64,000 nucleotides of DNA from contig JBDTNQ010000004.1 of assembly GCA_039933635.1 (NCBI GenBank), positions 31,880 to 95,879 of the forward strand. The letters are read 5' to 3'. The notes under the pieces were generated by a model. That model did no database searches. It was not told where the DNA came from and saw nothing but the letters and a program-made list of their open reading frames with translations. The translations under genes and the position numbers were made by a program. This DNA is from Acidobacteriota bacterium (GTDB lineage Bacteria > Acidobacteriota > Vicinamibacteria > Vicinamibacterales > SCN-69-37). This document shows positions 55,833-64,000 of this stretch, piece by piece (the first letter of the stretch is position 1; every line of letters begins with the position of its first letter).

Positions 55833-56961
55833 ATGACCCTCGACGAACTCACGCGCAGCTACACCGATTTGTCCGCCCGTGCCTCCGACCTGCGGAGGGG
55901 GCTTTGACGAAGCCCGTCTCGACCGGGAGCTGATGGAGCTCGACGGGGCCGCCTCGGCTCCGGATTTCTGGAAGGACCAGGCGGGGGCGCAGAAGGTCCA
56001 GCAGCGGCGCCGCAAGGTTGAGGATGATCGCACGCTGGCGCAGTCGCTCACGCGTCAGACCGAGGATCTGTCGGTGCTCTTCGATTGGGCGCGCCAGGGT
56101 GAGGACGTGCTGGGCGACCTGGAACGCGGCATCGAGACGTATGGGCGCGATGTCGAGTCCGGCGAGATTCGCACGATGCTCTCGGGCGAACTCGACCGCA
56201 AGAACGCGATCATCACCATCCACCCGGGCGCGGGCGGCACCGAGTCCCAGGATTGGGCGCAGATGCTGGTGCGGATGTACCTCCGCTGGATCGAACGACG
56301 CGGATTCAAGCGGGAGATCATGGACATGCAGCCGGGCGACGAGGCCGGCATCAAGAGCGTCACGCTGCTCGTCACAGGCGACTATGCCTACGGTCTGCTG
56401 ACAGCCGAGGCCGGCGTGCACCGTCTCGTGCGCATCTCGCCGTTCGATCAGGCGGCTCGTCGACACACGTCGTTCGCGTCGTTGTACGTCTGGCCGGAGT
56501 TGCCGGACGATATTGATATCGAGATCGAGGACAAAGACCTGCGCATCGACACGTTCCGCTCCAGCGGCGCCGGCGGTCAGCACGTCAACGTGACGGATTC
56601 GGCCGTGCGCATCACGCACCTGCCGACGGGCATCGTCGTCTCCTGTCAGAACGAGCGGTCGCAGCACAAGAACCGCGCGTCAGGTATGAAGGTGCTGAAG
56701 GCGCGGTTGTACGACCTCAGGCTGAAGGAACAGCAGGCCAAGATGGAACAGCTGGGCGGGGAGAAGAAGGACATCGCCTTCGGCAGTCAGATTCGCAGCT
56801 ACGTCCTGCATCCGTACCAGATGGTGAAGGATCACCGCACGAAGTATCAGGTGGGCGACGTGACGCGTGTGCTCGACGGCGACCTCGATGACTTCATCAA
56901 GGCCTATTTGATGAAGCGTGCGTTGGGCAAGCTCGAGACTGCGGACAGCGACGACGTGTAG
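55833..56961 (+). CDS. prfB: Peptide chain release factor 2 (programmed +1 frameshift)
   Basis: Frame 0 runs from ATG 55833 to CTT 55902-55904 and then meets an in-frame TGA at 55905-55907. A +1 shift joins ORF 55879..56961. AGGGGG (55896-55901) lies upstream of CTT TGA C. SPF and GGQ motifs are present downstream. Confidence 0.9.
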
Positions 56962-57000
56962 CCGAAGGCCCCAAGCTGAGGCGTGCCGCCCGCAGATTGG

Positions 57001-59235
57001 CTAATTCCCCTTGGCGCCCGGCTCCGTTCCGGCAATGAAGACTTCCGGGCCGTTGACGGTCGACACGACAACCACGTTGCCCGGCCGTTCGAACTCCGGC
57101 GGGTCACCGCCAGCAGCACGGCGACGCTCCACCCAGCTCTTCATGATCTCGGTCCAAATCGGCAGGGCGGCGACGGCGCCTGTCTGATTCGAGCCGATCG
57201 GGCGCTTCTGATCGAAGCCCACCCACACGCCGACCGTGATGTCCGGATCGAAGCCGACGAACCACGCGTCCGTGTAGTCGTCGGTCGTGCCGGTCTTGCC
57301 ACCGAGCGGCCAGCCGAGCGAACTCGCGGTCGCGGCCGTGCCACGCTGCACGACACCTTCGAGCAGGTTCGTCATGATGTACGCAGTGTCGGCGCGGATG
57401 GCCTCATGCGGTTCTGTCCGGTGTTGCTCGAGCATGTTGCCGTCGCGATCGACGACATCGAGAATCGAGAGGGGCGACATGCGGACGCCCTGATTCGGGA
57501 ACGCGGAGTACGCCGACGTCATTTCCATCAACGAGTCCTCGGCCGATCCGATGGCGATGGAGAGGTACTCCGGCAAGGGCGCAGTGACGCCGAGCTGTCG
57601 GGCGTAGTGAATGACTTCCTTCGGGCCCAGCGCGGCCATCAGTCGTACCGTAGGCACGTTGCGCGAGTCCTCGAGGGCACGTCTCAAGGTGACGGCGCCC
57701 TCGTATTTGCGATCGTAGTTTTTCGGTTCGTACAGCGGCTGGTTCGGGCCGACCTCGTAGCTGGCCGGCGTGTCGTCGAGCATCGACAGAGCGGTGTATC
57801 CACGATCGATCGCCGCGGTGTAGACGAACGGTTTGAACAGGGACCCGACCTGACGCATCGCCTGCGTCGCGCGATTGAACTGGCTGCGTTCGAAGTTCTG
57901 GCCGCCAGACATCGCGAGCACCTGCCCGCTGCGGTTGTCGATCGCGAGAAACGCCCCCTCGAGCAGTGGCGTCTGGTCCAGCGCCGCGATGCACGTGCCG
58001 GCCTGGGCATCGATCTTGGTGAGGCGCACGTCGACGACGTCCCCCTGCTTGACGAGATCCTGCGGCTTCTTGCGCGTCCACTCGTACCCGGGGCGCCCAA
58101 TCACGCCCGAAAATCGCCCCACGCGTACGCGGATGTCGGCCGGCTCGACGGCTATCACGATTGCCGAGGTCACGTCGCCTTCGACGGGATCGCGCGTCCA
58201 CCGGGGCAGTCTGAAGGTCTCCAACGAGCGGTGTTCCGCCAGGAGATTCCGCGCCGGCTTGCGGAAGCCACGAAGTTTGTCGATTCGCCGGAGGCCGCGA
58301 TCCAGCGCGATGTCCGCTGCCTGCTGCAGTGCCGCATCCAGGCCCGTGTGCACCACGAGACCGCTCTCGTAAAGAGCCTTCGCCCCGTAGGTATCCTCGA
58401 GGCGATCGCGAATCAACTCCACGAAATACGGCGCGATCGAAGCCGGCCGCGTCGGCTGGCCACGGGTGACGATGGGCTGAGCCTTGGTGGAGGAGGCTTC
58501 CGCGGTCGTGATGTAACCCTCTTCCGCCATGCGATCAAGGGTGTAGTTCCGTCGCGACAGCGCGCCCTTCATGTTGCTGTACGGATTCAGACGCTGTGGC
58601 GCCGGCAGCATGCCGGCAATCGTTGCGGCCTCGTTCAGCGTGAGCTCCTTCGCGGGTTTGCCGAAGTACAGGAGCGACGCGGACTCGACGCCGTAGGTGC
58701 CGTATCCCCACGCGACCTTGTTGCAGTACATCGTGAAGATCTCACGCTTCGTGTACCGTTTCTCGATCTGCAACGCAACGAGGGCTTCCTTGATCTTCCG
58801 CTCGGGGGTGCGATCGAAACCGATCGTGTCGGGAAAGATCTGTCGCGCGAGTTGTTGCGTGATGGTGCTGCGCCCGGGACGTCGCAGGCGGAAGACCTTG
58901 TCCTGAATGAAGGCCCAGGCCATCCGTTCGGCCCGGATGCCGCCGTGCGTCATGAACTCGTCGTCTTCGGCGGAGATGATCGCGTTGCGCAGCACGGCCG
59001 GAATGTCGTCGTAGCTGACGATCTGACGGCGCTCGGTCGCCAGTTCACCGATGACCTTGCCGTCACGGCCGAGGACGCGGGTGATGGTGCCGGGCGAGTA
59101 GTCGTCGAGCGCCGAAATCTGCGGCAGGTCGCCGACGAACGCGAACAGCACCCCGCCGACCGTACCCGCGATCGCCGTGAACACGAAGAGCGCGATCACG
59201 CCGAATGTGCGGGCGAATCTGGGGAGCTTCAGCAT
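57001..59235 (-). CDS. mrcA: Penicillin-binding protein 1A (bifunctional transglycosylase/transpeptidase)
   Basis: ORF trimmed to ATG 59235. TM anchor, GT51 motifs (AIISAEDDEF, GRSTITQQLAR, RKIKE) and transpeptidase motifs (SLFKP, KTGTT). Confidence 0.9.
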   Translation of the reverse strand: MLKLPRFARTFGVIALFVFTAIAGTVGGVLFAFVGDLPQISALDDYSPGTITRVLGRDGKVIGELATERRQIVSYDDIPAVLRNAIISAEDDEFMTHGGIRAERMAWAFIQDKVFRLRRPGRSTITQQLARQIFPDTIGFDRTPERKIKEALVALQIEKRYTKREIFTMYCNKVAWGYGTYGVESASLLYFGKPAKELTLNEAATIAGMLPAPQRLNPYSNMKGALSRRNYTLDRMAEEGYITTAEASSTKAQPIVTRGQPTRPASIAPYFVELIRDRLEDTYGAKALYESGLVVHTGLDAALQQAADIALDRGLRRIDKLRGFRKPARNLLAEHRSLETFRLPRWTRDPVEGDVTSAIVIAVEPADIRVRVGRFSGVIGRPGYEWTRKKPQDLVKQGDVVDVRLTKIDAQAGTCIAALDQTPLLEGAFLAIDNRSGQVLAMSGGQNFERSQFNRATQAMRQVGSLFKPFVYTAAIDRGYTALSMLDDTPASYEVGPNQPLYEPKNYDRKYEGAVTLRRALEDSRNVPTVRLMAALGPKEVIHYARQLGVTAPLPEYLSIAIGSAEDSLMEMTSAYSAFPNQGVRMSPLSILDVVDRDGNMLEQHRTEPHEAIRADTAYIMTNLLEGVVQRGTAATASSLGWPLGGKTGTTDDYTDAWFVGFDPDITVGVWVGFDQKRPIGSNQTGAVAALPIWTEIMKSWVERRRAAGGDPPEFERPGNVVVVSTVNGPEVFIAGTEPGAKGN

Positions 59236-59250
59236 GAGCTCTTCACTGTA

Positions 59251-59292
59251 CAAGAAACGCCCCCGGGTGTTGCACGGCAACACCCGGGGGCG
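59251..59292 (-). terminator. Intrinsic terminator after the DUF6600-like gene
   Basis: Perfect 15-bp stem CGCCCCCGGGTGTTG/CAACACCCGGGGGCG (59258..59292) with a 5-nt loop. On the minus strand it is followed by TTTCTTG. It ends only about 16 nt upstream of the PBP1A start. Confidence 0.6.
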
Positions 59293-59310
59293 CGATGACT
59301 GCCGCGCGGC

Positions 59311-61329
59311 CTATCGGCGGCTGCGCGCGCGATCGCCGCCTGAGGACTCTGCGGGCGCTGAGCGTCCCGACGAACGCTCGGTCTGCTGCCGCGGAGCTTC
59401 GGTCCGTGGCTCGTTCCGTGACGGTGCCGACCGCGGCGATCCCGTGCGGGGAGATTCCTGGCGCGCCTGTGGCTGTGGCTGCGGCTCGGGGCGGGCGCGC
59501 GGCGCGTCGACCGGTGCCGGACGGGAAGGCATACCCCCGCCTGGCGCGCGGCCATAGGCGCGCGGCGCGTCAGGGCCGGGATCGGACCGAGGTGCCTGCG
59601 GCACCTCGGTCGAGGTCCGGCCGCGGTTCCAGGGCGAGGCCTGCGGCGCCCCGCCGGTGGCCGGCGCCGCGGGCGCGCGGCGGAACCCACGGCCCGCGGT
59701 GTTGTCGGGCTGCGGGCCAGGTGTGATGATCGTGCCCTGCGGCTGACGGCCGTGGGCGGAACGATCGACGACGCCCGATCCGGTCGTCGGAGGAGGCGCG
59801 GAGGTCGGACTGACCGGCGCGCCGGCGCGCGGGTCAGTCCGGCCCGCGCTGCGGCTGTAGACAGTGCCCGCTGGCGTGCCGGCCGAGCGGACATCGTCGC
59901 GCGCCGGCTGGCCGGCGCGCGAGGGGGCGCGATCGTCGATGCCGCTGCGGCGATTGTCGCCCGCGCTCATGACGCGGCCGTTGTCGCCGTTCATCGGATT
60001 GCGCACCGCCGCGCGCGTCACCGCTGACGTGCCGCTGTTGCCGCTACCGCGGAAGCCGGGCGATCGCAACGGTTCCGCGTTCCCCCGCGCCAACACCGGC
60101 CGGAAGGGCGCACTGCGGCGTTCGACAAACCGCGCGCTTGATGGCACCGAATACGCGCGGCTTCGGGAGTTGACGATGATCCGGTTACTGAAGCGACTGA
60201 GCGGAACGGCCGTCCACGCGCGCCATGGTGAGGATGAATAGCCGATGTTGATCGAAATCAGCGGGCGGTTGTTGTATCCGAGCGGGCACCAGCTCAAGTA
60301 ACCTGGCGCGCTCGCCCAGGAAACCCACGCGGGACCCCAACGCCGATCGGGAATCCAGTACCACCGCGTCCCGGTCACGCCCCAGCGCCCGTAGTGGTGT
60401 GTCGGCCAGGACCAGCGATCGCTACCAATCCAGAACCAGCCATAACTGCCGACGTACGACCACTCGCCCTGATAGTACGGACGCCAGCCCGTGTCGACGC
60501 GCGGATACCAGACGTAGCCGTAGGAGGAGTCGTACTGCCAGTCGCCGTAGCGATCGAAGAGGCCTCCGTACGACCGGACTTCGGTTGGCAGATAACGCGC
60601 CGAGGCTGCGCTCGCCCGGTCATCGCGCAAGTTCTCGGCCCACAGATCGAAGCCGTCCGATGATGCTGAACTAGCCACGTAGGGAGCCGACGGTGCGGAC
60701 CGCCCGGACGCCGCCGCTTCATATCCGGGACGAATCAGCGTGCGCCCGAAAGGCGAGCCGATCTCTGCGCTGCCGCGGGTCACGGCAACGAGTACCTCCG
60801 GGTCGGTCCGCGAGAGACCCTGGAGGCTGACGCGATACTCGCCGCCGGGGCGGAGCATGACGGTCGTGCCCGCCGCGTCCACCCGGTAGTCGGACGAATC
60901 GGTTCCCCGAGCCAGGCTGAGGCGCAAGCGCCCGCTCTGTAGCCGGATAAGGGAATCGGAGAGCAGGTCGACGGTCGTGTTCTCGTCCAGGGCCAGCGCG
61001 CTGCCGTCATCGAACAGGACCTCCACCCGGCCCCGGGCGGTGCGCAGCCGGTCGCCGGCGAGCAGGGGCACGTTCTCGACGGCCACGTCCTCGCCGTTGT
61101 CGCGCCCGAGCCACGCCGAGCCGTCCACCACCGCTACATGCGCCGGGACGTCGTCTGACCAATCCACGGCATCCGGGCTCTGGTCATCGTCAATGGTCCA
61201 ATTCGCCGGGGCTGGCGGCGGCGCGTCGGACTGGGCGAGGAGCAAGGCCGTAGGGGAGGGGCTGGTCAACAGCGCGCCGACGGCTGCGGCGGGCAATAGA
61301 AACAGCCTGACTCGATGAAACCGGGTCAT
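59311..61329 (-). CDS. Secreted FecR-like/DUF6600-like protein with a long Arg/Pro/Ala/Gly/Ser-rich tail
   Basis: Signal peptide, a FecR-like beta region and a Trp/Tyr/Gly-rich block (YGDWQYDSSYGYVWYP...WRPYYQGEWSYVGSYGWFWIG...HYGRWG) typical of DUF6600 (from memory). The C-terminal ~290 aa are low complexity. Confidence 0.6.
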   Translation of the reverse strand: MTRFHRVRLFLLPAAAVGALLTSPSPTALLLAQSDAPPPAPANWTIDDDQSPDAVDWSDDVPAHVAVVDGSAWLGRDNGEDVAVENVPLLAGDRLRTARGRVEVLFDDGSALALDENTTVDLLSDSLIRLQSGRLRLSLARGTDSSDYRVDAAGTTVMLRPGGEYRVSLQGLSRTDPEVLVAVTRGSAEIGSPFGRTLIRPGYEAAASGRSAPSAPYVASSASSDGFDLWAENLRDDRASAASARYLPTEVRSYGGLFDRYGDWQYDSSYGYVWYPRVDTGWRPYYQGEWSYVGSYGWFWIGSDRWSWPTHHYGRWGVTGTRWYWIPDRRWGPAWVSWASAPGYLSWCPLGYNNRPLISINIGYSSSPWRAWTAVPLSRFSNRIIVNSRSRAYSVPSSARFVERRSAPFRPVLARGNAEPLRSPGFRGSGNSGTSAVTRAAVRNPMNGDNGRVMSAGDNRRSGIDDRAPSRAGQPARDDVRSAGTPAGTVYSRSAGRTDPRAGAPVSPTSAPPPTTGSGVVDRSAHGRQPQGTIITPGPQPDNTAGRGFRRAPAAPATGGAPQASPWNRGRTSTEVPQAPRSDPGPDAPRAYGRAPGGGMPSRPAPVDAPRARPEPQPQPQARQESPRTGSPRSAPSRNEPRTEAPRQQTERSSGRSAPAESSGGDRARSRR

Positions 61330-61434
61330 AAACGCACCCTCAAAGTGTCAGACAGGCTAGGCAATTTCGATACTAGCCCGTCAGTCGATGCAAATCTAGA
61401 GAGTATTGGGAAAGGCAAGTTGGACCGCGGTGAG

Positions 61435-61564
61435 GAGACCGGGTTGCTTAAGAGACCCGGTCTTTGACACCCCGAACCTGGGCCGTCCAGGTTTTAGTTA
61501 GGGATTTCGGCCGACAGCATGAGACCGGGACTTCCGAGACCCGGTCTCCTAAGGGACCCGGTCT
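61435..61564. repeat. Array of five GAGACC(C/G)GGTCTC-type palindromic sites forming two similar hairpin units
   Basis: GAGACCGGGT (61435-44), AGACCCGGTCT (61453-63), GAGACCGGG (61521-29), GAGACCCGGTCTC (61536-48) and GACCCGGTCT (61555-64). A further hairpin AACCTGG-GCCGT-CCAGGTT lies at 61474-61492. Confidence 0.5.
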
Positions 61565-61596
61565 GTCTGGGGGCGCTTGGACTTACGTCTTTATAT

Positions 61597-61626
61597 TTGA
61601 CATTCAGTCACTCAGCTTTCTATAAT
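61597..61626 (+). promoter_or_regulatory. Consensus sigma-70-type promoter for dnaK
   Basis: TTGACA-N18-TATAAT, about 40 nt upstream of ATG 61668. GAAGGGGAG RBS. Confidence 0.55.
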
Positions 61627-61667
61627 CACTGACACTAAAGTTTTTCACCTGAAGGGGAGCGTTTCAT

Positions 61668-63575
61668 ATGAGCAAGATCATCGGGATCGACCTGGGCACC
61701 ACCAATTCTGTCGTGGCTGTGATGGAGGGCGGGGAGCCGGTCGTGATCACCAATTCCGAGGGCGGTCGTATCACGCCGTCCGTTGTGGGCTTCGCCAAGT
61801 CGGGCGAGCGTCTCGTGGGCCAGGTGGCCAAGCGCCAGGCCATTACCAACCCCGAAAACACCGTCTTTTCGATTAAGCGATTCATGGGGCGGCGTTTCGA
61901 CGAGGTCGGGGAAGAACTGAAGATGGTGCCGTACCGCGTCGTGACGGATGGCGACCGTGTCGTGGTTGGCCTCTCCCACGATCAGGACAACAAGAAATAC
62001 TCGCCACCCGAGATCTCCGCGATGATCCTGCAGAAACTCAAGCAGTCCGCGGAGGACTACCTCGGACAGCCGGTGAGCAAGGCGGTCATCACCGTGCCGG
62101 CGTATTTCAACGACGCGCAACGCCAGGCGACCAAGGATGCCGGCAAGATCGCGGGTCTCGAAGTGCTTCGCATCGTGAACGAACCCACCGCGGCGGCCCT
62201 GGCGTACGGCCTCGACAAGAAGAAGGACGAAACGATCGCCGTCTATGACTTCGGTGGCGGCACGTTCGACATTTCGATCCTCGAGGTCGGCGAGGGCGTC
62301 GTCGAGGTCAAGTCCACCAACGGCGACACGCACCTCGGCGGCGACAACCTCGATCAGCGCATCATCGACTGGATCGTCAGCGAGTTCCGGAAGCAGGAGG
62401 GCATCGACCTCTCGAAGGATCGCATGGCGCTGCAGCGGCTGCGCGAGGCGGCGGAGAAGGCGAAGATGGAGCTCTCCACGGTCATGGAAACGGAGATCAA
62501 CCTGCCGTTCGTTTCCGCCGATCAGACCGGTCCGAAGCACCTCGCGATGAAGCTCACACGCGCCAAGTTCGAAGGGCTCGTCGAAGATCTGCTCCAGAAG
62601 AGCGTCGGGCCGTGCAAGCAGGCGCTGACCGATGCTGGTGTGACGGCGGCGAAGATTGATGAGGTCGTGCTCGTGGGCGGATCAACGCGCATTCCCCGCG
62701 TCCAGCAGATCGTCAAGGAGCTCTTCGGTAAGGAACCGCACAAGGGCGTGAATCCGGACGAGGTCGTCGCGGTTGGCGCGGCCATTCAGGCAGGCGTGCT
62801 TTCGGGCGAGGTCAAGGATCTCCTGCTCCTCGACGTCACCCCGCTCTCGCTCGGCATCGAAACACTGGGCGGGGTCATGACCACGCTCATTGCGCGAAAC
62901 ACCACCATTCCGACGAAGAAGAGCGAGGTTTTCTCGACGGCCGCCGATGGCCAGACCAGCGTTGAAGTCCACGTGATGCAGGGTGAGCGGCCGATGGCGC
63001 GAGACAACCGCACGCTCGGCAAGTTCCATCTCGACGGCATTCCGCCCGCGCCGCGCGGCGTGCCTCAGGTCGAAGTGACGTTCGACATCGACGCGAACGG
63101 CATCGTGAACGTGCAGGCGAAGGATCGCGGCACGGGCAAGGAACAGAAGATCACCATCACCTCGTCGAGTGGTCTTTCGAAGGACGAAGTCGACAAGATG
63201 ATGCGCGACGCGGAAGCGCACGCGGCCGAAGACCAGCAGCGGCGTGACGAAGTCGAGACGCGGAACAAAGCTGATCAGGCGGTCTACGCGGCGGAGAAGT
63301 TCGTGAAGGACTCCGGCGACAAACTCGACCCGTCCGATCGGATGGCCATCGAGTCGGCGACCAACGACGTCAAGAAGGCGCTCGAGTCGAACGACGCGAC
63401 CGCCATCACCCGCACGCTGGATGCGCTGATGCAGGCGCAACAGAAGGCGGCCGAGCAACTCTACAAGAACGCTGGCCCGGCGGGCGACGCCGGTGGCGCG
63501 CCTGGTGGAGCTCCGCACGGGAACGGTCAGGCCGACGACGTGATCGACGCGGAAGTGGTGGAAGACAAGAAGTAG
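61668..63575 (+). CDS. dnaK: Molecular chaperone DnaK (Hsp70)
   Basis: [22 protein letters not shown]..., [12 protein letters not shown] and [14 protein letters not shown] are canonical Hsp70 motifs. Confidence 0.97.
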   Translation: MSKIIGIDLGTTNSVVAVMEGGEPVVITNSEGGRITPSVVGFAKSGERLVGQVAKRQAITNPENTVFSIKRFMGRRFDEVGEELKMVPYRVVTDGDRVVVGLSHDQDNKKYSPPEISAMILQKLKQSAEDYLGQPVSKAVITVPAYFNDAQRQATKDAGKIAGLEVLRIVNEPTAAALAYGLDKKKDETIAVYDFGGGTFDISILEVGEGVVEVKSTNGDTHLGGDNLDQRIIDWIVSEFRKQEGIDLSKDRMALQRLREAAEKAKMELSTVMETEINLPFVSADQTGPKHLAMKLTRAKFEGLVEDLLQKSVGPCKQALTDAGVTAAKIDEVVLVGGSTRIPRVQQIVKELFGKEPHKGVNPDEVVAVGAAIQAGVLSGEVKDLLLLDVTPLSLGIETLGGVMTTLIARNTTIPTKKSEVFSTAADGQTSVEVHVMQGERPMARDNRTLGKFHLDGIPPAPRGVPQVEVTFDIDANGIVNVQAKDRGTGKEQKITITSSSGLSKDEVDKMMRDAEAHAAEDQQRRDEVETRNKADQAVYAAEKFVKDSGDKLDPSDRMAIESATNDVKKALESNDATAITRTLDALMQAQQKAAEQLYKNAGPAGDAGGAPGGAPHGNGQADDVIDAEVVEDKK

Positions 63576-63578
63576 GTC

Positions 63579-64000
63579 ATGTCCCTTTACTCGCTCCTGG
63601 GTCTCTCGTCATCCGCGACCGGCGCCGAAATCGAGCGGGCATACCGCCGATTGGCACGGCGCTTTCATCCGGGCATCAATCCGGGCGATCGCGCGGCCGA
63701 GCAGATGTACGGGCAGATCCAGGAGGCGTACCGCGTGCTTGGCAGTCCGGAGTTGAGGCGCGAGTACGACCGTGGCGCATCGATGCCGGCGGCGCGAATC
63801 GAAGCCACCGCGGCCGCGTTCGAGGGATTCGATTTCACGGCGCCAGCCGAAGGGGCGAGCGCGGCGACGTTCGCGGAACTCTTTGCGGACGTTTTTCAAC
63901 AAGCGGCGCGTGACGCGGTGTCGCCCATCCGCGGGGCCGACGTGTCGATGTCGGTGACCGTGCCGTTTGCCAACGCGATGCGCGGTGGTGTCGTGACCGT
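63579..64000 (+). CDS. J-domain co-chaperone (DnaJ/CbpA-like), 3' end beyond the window, with HPG in place of HPD
   Basis: Hand translation gives MSLYSLLGLSSSATGAEIERAYRRLARRFHPGINPGDRAAEQMYGQIQEAYRVLGSPELRREYDRG..., then RGADVSMSVTVPF (start of a CTD-I-like region). The frame is open to the window end. Not in the ORF track because no stop is present. Confidence 0.75.
   Translation, partial: MSLYSLLGLSSSATGAEIERAYRRLARRFHPGINPGDRAAEQMYGQIQEAYRVLGSPELRREYDRGASMPAARIEATAAAFEGFDFTAPAEGASAATFAELFADVFQQAARDAVSPIRGADVSMSVTVPFANAMRGGVVT

Noticed and set aside
61577-61667. CIRCE (HrcA) or HAIR (HspR) operator at the dnaK promoter.
   Set aside because: TCAGTCACTCAG and TCACTGACACT near the -10 are direct rather than inverted repeats, and they do not match TTAGCACTC-N9-GAGTGCTAA or CTTGAGT-N7-ACTCAAG.

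Overview
High-GC bacterial chromosomal window, probably Acidobacteriota; this is an inference from a TIGR03436-type VWFA protein, many sigma-54 activators and a DUF6600 protein. All calls come from reading the ORF translations and the DNA by eye. No database search was run. Most of the window is densely packed core genes: TamA/TamB, cmk, rpsA, ihfB-like, two acyl-CoA dehydrogenases, valS, nadC, birA, argS, mobA, lnt, prfB, PBP1A, dnaK and a dnaJ-like gene. There are two less ordinary blocks. (1) At 0-15 kb, a glycogen-to-trehalose cluster (GDE, treZ, treY, glgX/treX) is interleaved with general-stress genes: csbD, a BON/OsmY-like gene, DUF2934 and a secreted hypothetical. (2) At 23.5-32.3 kb, an ~8.9 kb signalling/stress block sits between cmk and rpsA, which are neighbours in many bacteria. 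It holds two of the three closely paralogous sigma-54-dependent response regulators in the window, two single-domain receivers, two histidine-kinase-like proteins that lack a normal catalytic domain, a ytxG/ytxH-like pair, a truncated AI-2E transporter remnant and a histone-like basic protein. The main hunt result is a set of GG-N10-GC sigma-54-type promoters. Five match the consensus well and two are weaker. All lie in the correct orientation directly upstream of the stress operon, treY, DUF2934, one activator gene itself, the ytxGH-like pair and the receiver/MEDS operon, and several have inverted repeats about 50-70 nt upstream. Together these suggest an uncharacterised sigma-54/EBP-driven trehalose and general-stress regulon. 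Other observations: the prfB +1 frameshift site; a 49-aa lmo0937-family ORF missing from the ORF track; GGTTCC/GGAACC short-repeat intergenic elements; a GAGACC(C/G)GGTCTC palindrome array upstream of dnaK; a J-protein with HPG in place of HPD; and an lnt gene with no canonical start codon near its conserved N-terminus. No rRNA, tRNA, CRISPR array, transposase or integrase was recognised.
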